The notes beneath the pieces were generated by a model. It searched no databases and was not told the DNA's origin. It saw nothing but the letters and a program-made list of their open reading frames with translations. Positions 1 to 11,643 of a DNA stretch of 64,000 nucleotides are shown one piece after another (position 1 is the first letter of the stretch; every line of letters starts with the position of its first letter). A program made the translations under genes and the position numbers. Source of the stretch: Hyaloraphidium curvatum SAG 235-1 (taxonomy: Eukaryota > Fungi > Monoblepharomycota); the NCBI GenBank assembly GCA_025558095.1, contig JAIVFI010000034.1:186001-250000 (forward strand), in the 5' to 3' direction.

Positions 1-907
1 CCCTACGACTCCTGGCCGCGGATGCGCCCGAGGCGGCCACGTCAAAATCGAAGGAGGGCAGGTTTGGTGGTCCCGGATGTAGCGACGAGCGCAGATGGCA
101 CCCGATCCCCGCTCCGGACCTGTCCGCACCCGACGCCGGCGATACGATTATTACTCATTCACATAGAATACAATCAATAGCTTCTTCTCGCTCGCTTTTT
201 CCGTTTCGAGGACCGCGATCATGCATCTTCTTTTGCCAAAGTAAGGTCCTGGTTCCCCCGCGCACACAGCTAATAGCACGCTTGATCCCCAGAAGGAAAG
301 GCCGATAGCACTCGCGTCCCGGTCCTGTTCCAGTCGGCATCCGCACACGTCCGTAGACCATACCAATTCATTTCTTCCGCACCCTGATGATGATTGGCGG
401 CGATCGGACGGGCCTTGCCGACTTGGTGCGGTCCCCGCCGGGCCGGTCGACACGGCCGGCCGGCATGTCGGCTGTCCCCGAATTCCGTCCAGCGCTCAGA
501 TCGGCCGGGTTCCGTAGCCTCGGACCGCCTTTTCGGCCGACGGGGAAGGGTCCGAGCGGGCGGAAGGCGCGAGTGAGTGAGGCTTCCCGGCCGCGCGGAC
601 GTCGGAGGGGATGGTTGTCGGAAACGGCCTGGACGGCCTGGCAGCGGCCAGGGGACGCCGAGACGGGCTTGCCCGAGCTGATGGATGACTTTGCGCGGCC
701 GATATCGGCGTCCCAGGCGGGGAATCGGTCGACCGATCTGGAATAGGGGACGCACGGTCCCTACGTGCCGAAGGGACCTCCGAACTTCAAACCTCTCGCC
801 TCACCCCCCAGTGCCCCTCCCCCACCACGATGCCCTCCTCCGACGGCACCACTCCCGAGCGATCTCCTTGTGCGCCCCGCGAGTCGCGGTGCGGCCCCTG
901 GGCGGCG

Positions 908-3900
908 ATGGCGCGGCGGCTGCCCGCGGTGCTGGCGGTGCTCCTGCTCGCTGCCGGGGCGGCGGGCGCCTCCGCGCCGTACACGCCTGCGGTCAAGGCG
1001 GCGGCGACCGTGCGGATGCTGGGCGGGCCGAAGCCTGCGGCGGGCGACGACTGGCTGCAGTGCGCCGAGCTGCGGCCCGAGCTGCGGCACTCCTCGGCCG
1101 GCGCTTCCTGGGAGGCGCGACTCGACGTCGCGGGCGGCCGCGTGGTGCGGTGGGCGGCCGACGCCGTGCGGAACACGCCGCCCGCCTTCCGCGCCGCCGA
1201 GGCGCCCGCGGACGACGACGCGCCGGCCGGCCTGGTCGACGAGCGCGCAGGCAAGGCCCGCCCGCCCGAGCGCCACGCCTACGTGCTCTCCGGGGACTTT
1301 GAGCACGCGGCAGACGGGGACGCGCTGCCGCCCGTGCAGTTCTGCGTGCAGTACCGCGTGCGCTGGGCGTCGGCCGTGCAGCTGTTCGTGCTGCCCGCCG
1401 GCAACGCGCCCGAGGGCGACGACGTGCGCTACCTGGCCGCGGACGGCCGCGCCTTCTCGCTCGACGCAGAGCCCACGCCCTCCTCCGACGGCGCGCAGCC
1501 CGCAGCGCACCTCATCCGCATGCGCCAGAACGGCGGCGGCGGCTTCAGCTTCGTCAAGAACTTTGACGAGGGCTTCTGCCGCTGCCTGTCCGGCGTCAGC
1601 GGCGGCTTCCAGTACGACGTGCAGGGCGGGCGCACCTCAAAGACCATGACCACCACGTCGCGCACTCGCACGTCGACCTCGGTCACAAACACACGCACCA
1701 CCACCACCAAGCCGCGCCCGTCGCCGACCTCGGTCATCGCCGGCCGCATCTACATCGACTCGAACGGCAACGGCATCTACGACGACGGAGGTGAGTGTAC
1801 TGGCCTCCCTGCTCCGCATCCCGCCTCACTCCCTACCCGCCATTCCAGAGCTCGGCATCGCCAACGTCGCCGTCTCCCTCACCGGCACCGACGCCCGCGG
1901 CGCCGCCACCAACCTGACCGTCTTCTCCGACCCCGACGGCCTCTACTCCTTCACCGACCTCTGGGGCACCAGCACGGGCTTCACCATCACCGAGACCCAG
2001 CCCTCGGGCTTCGCCAACGCCCCCGGCTCCCCCGCCACCGTCATCACCGTGCCCACCCTGGCCAACGGCGTCTCGCTGCTCAACCAGGACTTTGGCGAGC
2101 TCGCCGTGGCCGTCTCGGGGATCGTCTTCCTCGACACGGTCGGCGCGGGCATCTACGCCGAAGCCCTGCCGCCCGTGCCCAACGTCACCGTGCGCGCCTA
2201 CCTGGCCACCGAGCAGGGCGCCAAGACGGGCGGGATCGTGGCGACCGCCGTGACGGACTACCTGGGGAACTACCTGCTGGCGCCGCTCGAGGCCGGAAAG
2301 CTCTACTTCATCGAGAGGGTGCTGCCGGCGGGTTACCGCAACCCGGTCGTGGGCCCGCTCACGCTCGTGGCCAACGTGACCAACCAGGCCCTCGTCAATT
2401 ACGGTGGGAGCGAACGCCCTACAACTTCCTCTTCCCCCTGACCGCCCCGTTATGCCAGGCAACGACTTCCCGCTCCTCCTCGCGGTCCCCGACGTCAACC
2501 CCAACCCCTCGGGCACCGTCGGTGGCGTCGTGTACGTGGACTGGGACACCTCGGGCACGTGGAACGACGAGACGGGCATCTCGGGGTGCGTGCTCCGGCT
2601 GACGGGGACGAGCGACAAGGGCAGCGTGTCGAGGGTGGCCATCACCAAGCCCAACGGCATGTACAGGTTCTCGGGCCTGGTGGGTTGCGTACGCCGTCTG
2701 CGGGGTCGGATGCATCGTGCTGACCTTTGTTTTGCGCAGCGGCCGGGGACGTACCAGATCCGGCAGTTCCAGCCGACGGGCGCCTTTGACACGGTCGGCG
2801 GCCCCGGCACGCTCATCACCAACATCGTGGTGGTGGACGGCACGCTCAACATGACGCACAACTTCGGCGAGCTCGTGCTCTGGACGCAGACCCTGACCAC
2901 CACGACGAGCCAGACGCCCACGACCACGTCGACGCGCACGACGACGTTCGTGACGGCCAGCATGGCCGGCCGGATCTACGTCGACCTGAACAACAATGGC
3001 GCCTTCAACGACGGGGAGCCCGGCCTGCGCGGGGTGACCTTCACCGCCACGGCGACCAACTTCCTCGGCTCCTACGTCACGCAGACCGCCACGACCGACT
3101 GCACGGGCTACTACCAGTTCACGGGCCTGCAGGCGGGCGACTACACCGTCTCCAAGACCAACCCGCGCGGCTTCCGCGACTCGGCCGTCTCGGGCGCGCT
3201 GGGCTCCAGCACCGTCATCCAGCTGCGCGGCGCCTCGAGGTGGCACACGTGGCCCGTGGTCACGGACCCCTCGGCCATGTCGACCAACGTCACCGACGGC
3301 TGCGTGGTCGCCGGCCGGGTGTACGTCGACACGAACCCCATCAACAACATCTTCTCCCCCACGGGCGAGCTGGGCGTGCCGCAGACGGTCACCCTGCGCA
3401 TCACGGGCCGGGACGTGGCGGGCAACCTCGTCAACTTCACCACCACGAGCATCACCTGCTCCGCCACCCCGTGCGGCGGCAACGTCGGCTGCACGACGGC
3501 GCAGTGCACCGACACGGGCTGCTCGGGCGGCAACCTCAACAAGCTCAACGTGCAGGGCATGTACTACTTCCGCGGGCTCAAGCCAGGCACCTACAACATC
3601 ACCCAGACGCAGCCGTTTGCGTACCTCGACTCGACGGCCGCGGGGGCGCCGACGACCTTCATCAACAACGTCGACCTCACCCAGACGTGCTACTCGACGG
3701 GCAACAACTTCCCCGAGCTCGGCATGGCCGGCTACTGGACCACGACCTCGTTCACCACCACCACAACGCGCAGCACGACGACCTCCATCAGCCGCACCTC
3801 GAGCACGTCGCGCACCTCGTCCACGACGAGCTTCTCCCGGACCACCTCGCAGACCGTCGCGCCCAGCCCCGGCGGGGTCAGTGGGCGGGTGTACTCGGAC

Positions 3901-4371
3901 GACAACGGCAACGGCAGGTACGACGACCCCGACACGGACACGCCCATCGGCGCGGTGCGGATCGACGTCATCGGGACGGACTGGATGGGGAGGAGGGTGC
4001 TCATGTCGACCTACACGGACGTGAGTTTCGGGCCGGGGCGGCCGCAAGCGTGGATCGGCGCTGACTTTCCCGTTTCCAGCCGCAGACCGGGTTCTACAAC
4101 CTCACCATGGTCCCCTCGGGCGTTCACAACATCAAAGAAAGTGCGTTCCTCCCTCCGCTCCTGCAGCCGGCCCAAGCTGACCCGCCTTCCTCCCCCTCCA
4201 GTCCAACCCGACGGGTACGAGAACCCGACCACGGGCACGCAGGACGACTACTTCATCACCCTCGGGTCGGCCGAGTTCCTCTCGGACCTGGATTTCATCG
4301 AGGTGCCGATCATGTTCCGGCGGCGGAAGCGGAGCGCGGAGGCATCGGAGGCCCCGGCGGCGGCGCAGTAG
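908..4371 (+). CDS. Secreted protein with six SdrD-B/CnaB-like repeats and Thr/Ser-rich linkers (multi-exon)
   Basis: Signal peptide MARRLPAVLAVLLLAAGAAGA at 908. Repeats of the form (I/V)xGx(I/V)YxDxNxNG..GE.G...V.L.G...T...G.Y.F..L..G.Y.I.E.QP. Introns approx 1791-1848, 2404-2458, 2680-2739, 4021-4085, 4141-4201. Stop TAG 4369-4371. Confidence 0.8.
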
Positions 4372-4505
4372 ACGGTCGCCGCTGGACGGCGCTGGAGCAT
4401 GGGAGCGGTTGCGAGTGGGCGTCTTGGTTCGTGATGGGGGAAAAACAGTATAGACGGATTCTCCACATGCAACTTTGCTGCCGAATTCCCGATGACCAGC
4501 GAAGC

Positions 4506-6169
4506 CTAGATGCCCGCGGCCTTCTTGTAGATCGCCGCGGCGGCAGCATCCATGTCCTTGTCCACCCCCGCCTTCTGGGCCCGCTCGAAGAGGGTCTTGA
4601 GGATGCCCTCGACGTCGTCCATGCCGAGCTTCTCGCCCTCGGAGGCGCCGCCGGCGCTCGGGAAGGCGAACCTGTGGATGCCGGAATGGGGCGTTCTGCC
4701 GCCCGCGACGGCCTTGATGAAGGCCGCGAGACGGTCGTACGAGTTGCCGGGCGTGGTCCAGTGGTAGACGTGCGGCATCTCCTTGATCTGCGGGGCGGTC
4801 GGGCGGATCGATCGGATCGCTCGCGCTCGGGCTGGCGCGGGCGCGGATGCAACCCACGATGTCGAGCGCGACGGTCTCGCCCAGCGAGGTTCGCAGGGAT
4901 GCCATGGTGAGGGTCTCGGCGTAGCAGCGGTCGGCGTCGCCGACGATCAGCTGCGGTGCGGAGGAGGTCCGTCAGAGAGGGGTCGCGGGGCAGGTCCTTG
5001 GACACCTGCGAATTGGGGCGGGAGCCCCGCCTTTGCGTCGAAGAGGGGGCTGTGGAGCGGGTTGTGCTTGTCGGCATCCCCGACATAGGTGATGGCACCT
5101 GCATGCAGCCGGATCAGGGGGAAGCTCGGGCCGACGAGCGGGCAAGTCGCCGCCGCCGCGGCAACGCACTGTCGGGGATCCAGGAACCCGTGGCGTTTCC
5201 GGCGGGTTGGAGAACGTCGAGGTCGAACTCGTCCGTCAGCAGCTCCGACGGGCTCGACAGCGTCAGGTCTGCCCAGCACGTGAAGCCGGCGATTCCGCCG
5301 GGGGCGGGAAGCCCCTGGTCGCGGATGTAAATGCCGAGGGAGTAAGCCATCGCGAACCCGGCCGAATCGCCGAACAGGACGATGCGGGTGGAGGGGATGC
5401 CCTGCGAAAGAACTTTGGCGGCGCTCGGTCAGGAGAACCAGCACAAGATTCGAAAGGTCAGCGAGCGACCCACGCCACTTGTACGTTATGACGGCATCCG
5501 CGAGGGCAGCGGGGAACTGCAGAGGAAGCCTTCGTCAAGGGCGTCGGCATGGACGGCGCCGCCAGCACTCACTGGTTCCTCAAAGCTTAGGCGATACTCG
5601 ATGCCGAATCCCCTGATCCCGCGTTCCACGAGCTGGCCGATGGTGAACCGGGGTCCTGGCTCATCGACGCGTCCGCTCGAGTAGGCTCCGGCGTGGAGGT
5701 AGAGCTGGCACGTTCACGTCACGAGTGTCGTTTAGGACGTCACGACGCTTTTGCCTCACTACAACAGGTGCGTCCTCCGGAGTCCCGTTCTTGACCTGCC
5801 ATTGTCCCGGAATAGTTCCGGCATTCTTGGTCTCTAGTCCCGGGACCGGAACCCGCGGAACTTCCACCTTGATGGACGGGTGATGAGCCGAAAGATGGTT
5901 GGACAAGTCCGGGTTCGCCCCACCTTGGTCACCTCGAAATCCTCCGGGAACGGCGGGGGCGGGGCCAAGAGGCCAAGGGCATGGAAGCCTTCCAGACTGG
6001 GGTTGCTTTGATAGTATTGGTGGACGGCACCGCGAGCTGCGGGAAGAACGAGCGCGATGAAGCGGTTCACAATTCTGCGTAGCGAAGGCCGAAACTCACT
6101 CGGAGTGATCCACTGCACGAGCTTTTCGCTCCAGGAAGGCAACTTCGGCGGCGCTTCAGCTGCAGCCAT
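4506..6169 (-). CDS. Alpha/beta hydrolase, hormone-sensitive-lipase (HSL/Abhydrolase_3) family esterase (multi-exon)
   Basis: Joined exons give LYLHAGAY (oxyanion, HGGG-like), IEYRL, FPAALAD, IVLFGDSAG (nucleophile), SPLF..GLPP, VGDAD and EMPHV. Confidence 0.85.
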
Positions 6170-6944
6170 GGTCTTTGCTCGCAGACACGCGGTGGAGACG
6201 CGTCGCAGGCAGCGCGTGTCACGGAAGTCGCCCTGTCAAACCCTCGAATAGACGGGTGCAGGACTCCCCGTCTCTGCACGAAAAGAAATGCGACGCTATT
6301 CGGATTGCTGAGCCGGGAACAGGGAGAACTGTCCCCCGAGTCGGGTTCGCCCGCGGATTCCGTGGAAGTTTCCACGGTTCCACCGCAGTCCGCACCAGCC
6401 CCCGAGCTCCCCCTCGACGGCTGGCCTCCAACAACTTCTAATGTAGAGCTTAACTCCCGACCACTTGTTCACAAGGTTTCCGGGGTGGTATGGAACGATC
6501 GCAGCGAGCCTTGGCCGTCCAAAGGGGCGGGACAGTGATCGGCACGGTGTCGATCGCGATCGGAGCAGGGCCGACCTGAAGGCGGTACCGTGTGAAGCGG
6601 TCTATTATTCAGATCTCCGGCGACTGTTTGGACCTCTGGTTTGTTTGAATGAGTAGTCGGATCGCCGGCCCCAGGTCCGGGACCGTGGTCGCGGGTTCGG
6701 AGGGTGCCATTCACGCTCGCGGGTCCGTCCGGAAAAAGCGCGCTGGCCCGCCTCTGATTTGGAGCTGGCCGCCTCGACTGCATCCGCGGCCAGGAGTCGT
6801 AGGGACGCTTGGGACCGTAGGGTCTTTTCGGACGTCGGTCGGTTGGTCCCTATTTCTGGCGGTCCCTACGGCCTCGGTTCAAAAGGACGCAGCTCCCCGG
6901 CACCGCCCTCCATCACACCCCCGCAGACCAGCGCCGCCGACACC

Positions 6945-8943
6945 ATGCGCGCCACCTCGTACCTCGCCGCCGCCGGCGCCGCCGTGCTGGCCCTCGTCGG
7001 GCGCTCCGACGCCCAGGGCGTCTCGTGGGCCGGGCGCTCGGAGCTCGCCGCCCTCTCGGGCTGCACCTCCGGCCAGCCGGGCACCAACGCCCCTCAGGTG
7101 ACTATCTGCTGCTTGGCTTGCCTTGGAGATCGGCTGCTAACCCTGGCCGCGGTATAGGTCGACACGGCCCGCACCAACATGACCCGTGCCGACATCACCG
7201 TCGCCGCGTGGACCAAGCCCGTCACCGGCCGCAAGATGACCATGTACCTCGGCAAGGAGATGCACGGCACGGCCGTCTGCGTCGCCGACTCGGTCGGCAG
7301 CACCGGCACCTGCCGCTACGACTTCACCCTCGCGGGCACCTGGCGCACGCTTCGCGGCTGCGCCTGGTCCAACCCCGACACCACGAGCCGCCCCGGCTAC
7401 GAGGTCCGCAACAACACGGTCTACCTGGAGTGGCAGGACGCCTTCCCCGGCGGCAACCGCCAGGCCTCGCGCTACGCCTACCCGGTGTCGATCGCCCTGC
7501 CCACGACCGTGAACGTGCAGACCGACATCAAGGTCCTCGAGGAGTCGGGCATCAAGAACTTCAACCTGACGGGGCTGTCGTACGACATCACCGACGGGCA
7601 GCGCTTCCTGATTGTCGACTTTACCATGTTCTCGAGGTGCGTTGCTCGCGGGCGCCCTTCCCGAACCGATCTGACTTTTCGCTCAGGTGGCCCAACAACC
7701 TCACCCTTGACGCCGACTCGGGCTACATCAGCCTGCCCGGCTACACCGGCTCGGTCGAGGTCGTCTCGTACACCCTGCCCACCTGCGTCAAGACCGACGG
7801 CTCGTCCAGCACCGCCTTCACGACCCAGGACTTCTGCTACCAGAACGGCCAGCTGAAGATCGCCATCGGCGACGTCTGCAACGTCGGCGGCACCTACGCC
7901 TTCAACTTCGACACCAACTGCTTCCCCGGCGCCGCCAACACCAACACCTGCACGGGCAAGGTGCTCACGGCCAACGCCCTCATCGGCACGCCCAACGCCT
8001 CGGGCGCCCTCGAGCTCGACCTCTGCAACGCGCTCCTGAACACCGTGGCCTCGGTCACCGGCGTGATGGTCGCGGACAAGCCCCAGGGCTACTTCTTCGG
8101 CGACACCGTCCTGCTCACGGCCACCTTCACCTCGCCCGACCTGCCCATCTACGAGGCCCGCCTGACCAAGATGATCCTCGGCCGCAACAAGGTCGAGCGC
8201 ACGCCCAACATCGGCGCCGCCACCACCGTGACCCGCAACGTCAACACGACCCTCGTCGACTCGGCCGCCGGCCCCGCCGCCGTCGGCGCCCTCTCGACCC
8301 TGGCCGTCAACACCAACTTCACCTACCTCCCGACCGCGGACCCCAACGTCGTGGAGATGAAGGTCACGCCCAACATGCTGCCCAAGCAGGCCGGCGTCGA
8401 CTTCAACGACGACTCGTTCCTGACCACCGACGACTTTGACTCGATCACCGTGAGTAGCGGGTGCCCGGGCTGCTTTGGATCGGCCGCTGACGTCCTTCTT
8501 CCTTCCAGGACTACACCTTCTACGCCACCTTCCGCATCTACTTCGACCAGCAGTCGGCCGCCGGCCAGCGCCGCCGCCGTCTCCTCGCCCGGGACGTGCA
8601 GGTGCCCGCCCCGGCCCTCCGCCAGACCACCACCAGCAACCAGAACGCGAACGCCGCCCTGACGGTGCCCCCGAACCCCAACGCGGTGCAGACCCAGCCC
8701 ACCACGGCCCCGGTCGCCCCCGTCGCCCAGCCCGCCGCCGCCACCTCCTCCAGCGAGGCCCTCGTCATCGCCGCCATCGTCATCGGCACCCTCGCCCTGC
8801 TCGCCGCCTGCTGCACGCTCATCGTGCTGCTCGCCATGCGCCGCAAGGACAAGAAGCGCGAGGAGGAGGACGCGTTCATCCGCCAGAGGCTCGTGCAGGG
8901 GCTCGACGCCAAGGCGCCCGCGTGGGGCACCGCCTCGGCCTGA
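6945..8943 (+). CDS. Type I single-pass cell-surface protein (signal peptide, Cys-containing beta-rich ectodomain, RRRR site, C-terminal TM)
   Basis: Signal MRATSYLAAAGAAVLALVG. Introns approx 7098-7157, 7637-7686, 8450-8508. TM ALVIAAIVIGTLALLAACCTLIVLLAM followed by basic RRKDKKR. Confidence 0.75.
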
Positions 8944-9217
8944 AGCTGAAAAAGGACGGACGTCCCTAGATGCCGGGCGACCTAGTGTAGAGAGCTCGGA
9001 ATTCATTGCTTTGCCTTCATCTTTGCCCGCGATTGTCCAGCAGCAGCACTTCTTTGTCTGGTCGAGAAGCTGGCTGCGGCCAGAGACGCGGATCCGAGGC
9101 GCCAGGAACAACGCTCTGCAACGATTGGTAAGGAGCTCGAACGCGGGACTGGGCGCAATCCGAGAGTTCCGTCGTCGGTGCCAGACTACGTTCGCACTGA
9201 GCTGTCCCGTCCCTGAG

Positions 9218-9628
9218 GTCGGCTCGTCATGCATCTCCCTCCACTTCATCCTTCTCCTCGTCCTGTTCTGCTGGGGCCTCGCTTCAGACCTCGCCGTGCT
9301 GGCGGCCTCCAACGCGGAAATCACCGCCGTCTGCACTGTCTACCACAACGCGCGAATCCGGCTCCGCAAGCTCGCCGTACGCGCGGGAGACATCCGGGAT
9401 GGGGAGCGCCGCCGCGCCGTCCTGGACGCACTGCTGGGGCACGATGCGCTGCTCTCGGCCTACATGAACGGGGAGAGATACAAGGCACGGTACCTCGGGT
9501 TCGCGGTGGACTCTTCTACCGTCCGCGCGGTCGTGGCCACGCTCTTCACCCTCGCCATTGGGCTCTTCACGCTGCTACGGGGCGTGGGAGTATTCATCAC
9601 TGTGCAGTCGGTGTGCCCGAATGCCTGA
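9218..9628 (+). pseudogene. Truncated 3' remnant of the 7-TM (GR/DUF3537-like) family
   Basis: Encodes VGSSCIS..AASN..VYH..YLGFAVDSSTVRAVVATLFTLAIGLFTLLRGVGVFITVQSVCP, matching TM6-TM7 of the paralogues. Only ~270 bp separate it from the upstream gene's stop, leaving no room for TM1-5. Confidence 0.65.
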
Positions 9629-9690
9629 CGAGTGACTCTACTGTTTTCTGTACAGTGGCTTGCTCTCCGATAGACGCCGCTTCACCCAGC

Positions 9691-11449
9691 TCAGATCTTC
9701 GCCTTCTCGACCTCGCTCGAGTACGCCGTCAGGTCGTCCGCCCTGGCGCCTTTCTGGGCCTGCAGCAGCGCCCCCGAGTCCGAGTTCGAAAACAGCCCGG
9801 CCGGGTCGTAGCGCTTCTTGAGGGCGACGAGGCGCTGCGTGTTGGCTCCGAAGAAGTTCTGCACGCGCAGATCCAGGTCAACCCCGCGCGTGATCGAAGG
9901 CGGAAGAAGGAGCCCACCATGGCCGCATCGTACCCCGCCTCGTCCTCCCCACCACCTTCGTTCCTCGCCCCCGACCCGATCCGGTTCACGAAGCTCCCCA
10001 CGGCCCACTTGCGCACCAGCTCCCCCGTCGCCGCCACCCACTTGGCCAGCGCCTCGCGCTCCCGGAGCACCCTTGCGCGGTCGTCGGGGTAGTCGAACGT
10101 GCTCGCGAGGATCAGGAACCAGAAACCCCTCTTGAGCCGCCAGGGGAACGCGGTTTCCCCGGGGGAATGGTCGGCGATCGCACCGCCGACGGGGAAGGCG
10201 ATCATCGCGGCACCGGGGTACGGTGCGCGGTCGAAGGATTCGCAGAGGGCCGAGATGAGGTCGTCGGGAAGGGCGGGGATGAAGAAGGCGACCTCGGTGC
10301 GGTGCGAGGGGGGGATGTGCGGCTTCATGATGGATTGGAGGTCGAGGTAGGTGATGATGGGGTTCGGCGCGGAGAGGAAGGGTTTGACGGGGAGGCCTGG
10401 GTGGGTCCAGTTGGTCGCGGATCGTCCGAGCAAGGCGGAGTGTACGCACCGTCGGTGACCTCCTTGAGCACCAGCTGGGCTTCCTGGGCGTGCTCGTCCG
10501 CCGCCTTCTTGGCGTCCACCGCGATGTAGGTGGGCAGCAGCTGCACGAACGGCCTGCGCTCGCTCCACCCGTTGCGGTCCAGCTTAGGGTAGGTCCAGTT
10601 GGCCTCCCACATGGTGCTGACCTCGCGGCGGCCCGACGGGCCGAACGCCTTGGACTCGAGGTGATTCCTGAGGAGCTCGAGCGAGGCGCGGAGCTGCGTG
10701 ATGGGGTAGAGCTGCATGCGGGCGTGGATGAGGACCGGGTGGGGGTAAAGCTTGAGGGTGAACTGCCCGAAACCATCAGTGGTGGAGCACCAGTTGGACA
10801 GCGTCGAGGCACCCACCCGTGTGACGACGCCGAAGCTCATCCCCGCCCCGCGCAGGGCAAAGAACAGGTCCGGCTCGCTCGATTCGCTGCACACCACCAC
10901 ACGTCCGTCGGCAAGCACGATCTCGGCCTCGACCATGTTGTCCGCCGCCATTCCGTAGTGTCTCGATAGCCAGCCGTAGCCCCCACCGCAGAGATACCCC
11001 CCAACCCCCGTCCGCGGGTCTGACCCCGCCACGGCGGCCAGGCCCCAGGTCCCCGTCTCGCCGTCGAGGTCACCGAGCTTCGCCCCGCCCTGCACGTGGA
11101 CCAGCCCGCGCTCCCGGTCGATGACGACGCCGCGCATCACGCGCAGGTCGAGGCAGACGGCGCCGGTTTTCATGCCCTTGAGCGTGTGGCGGCCGCCGGA
11201 CACGGTGAGCTCCAGGCCGCGCTCGCGCACGAACTTGACGGTGGCGGCGACGTCGGCGGTGCCCGCGGCCAGCACCAAGGCGAGGGGCCGCGCGTCCTGC
11301 GCGAGATTGAACGTGCCGTCGCGGAGGAGGTGCGCGTAGTCGGCGTCGGATTGGAGCACCACGCGGCCGCGGATCGCCGTCGACAGCGGGAAAAACGGCG
11401 AGTCCGCCGGCAGCGGCGCGAGCTCCTCGGGCACGTTGACCGCGGACAT
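9691..11449 (-). CDS. FAD-linked oxidase, berberine-bridge/6-hydroxy-D-nicotine oxidase-like (FAD_binding_4 + BBE)
   Basis: VSGGRH flavinylation motif, VQGGAKLGDLD, TGVGGYLCGGGYGWLSRHYGMAADN, DLFFALRGAG, and C-terminal NFFGAN..RL..LKKRYDPAGLF. About three short introns. Confidence 0.92.
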
Positions 11450-11643
11450 GACGGCGAGAGCTGGCGCGCGTGGGCGACGGAAGTGGTGTTTGGGAGGCAG
11501 GTGCGCCGTCTTCCGCAGACCAGCGGAGTCGCCACATGGATCAGATCGCGGGCTGACCGCTCGAGCTCGAGGAACGGACGTCGTATTCCGCCAGAGACTG
11601 CCCCATCCACCAACCGATCACGGACCGGGCCATCGTCCTCCGA

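Noticed and set aside
1-180. Possible 3' end of an upstream gene at the window edge
   Set aside because: Too short to fix the frame or strand, and no motif is visible.
2419-4047. Long Arg/Gly/Pro-rich antisense and off-frame ORFs here and throughout the window
   Set aside because: Expected from high GC3 and stop-codon scarcity. They carry no motifs and each overlaps a better-supported gene.
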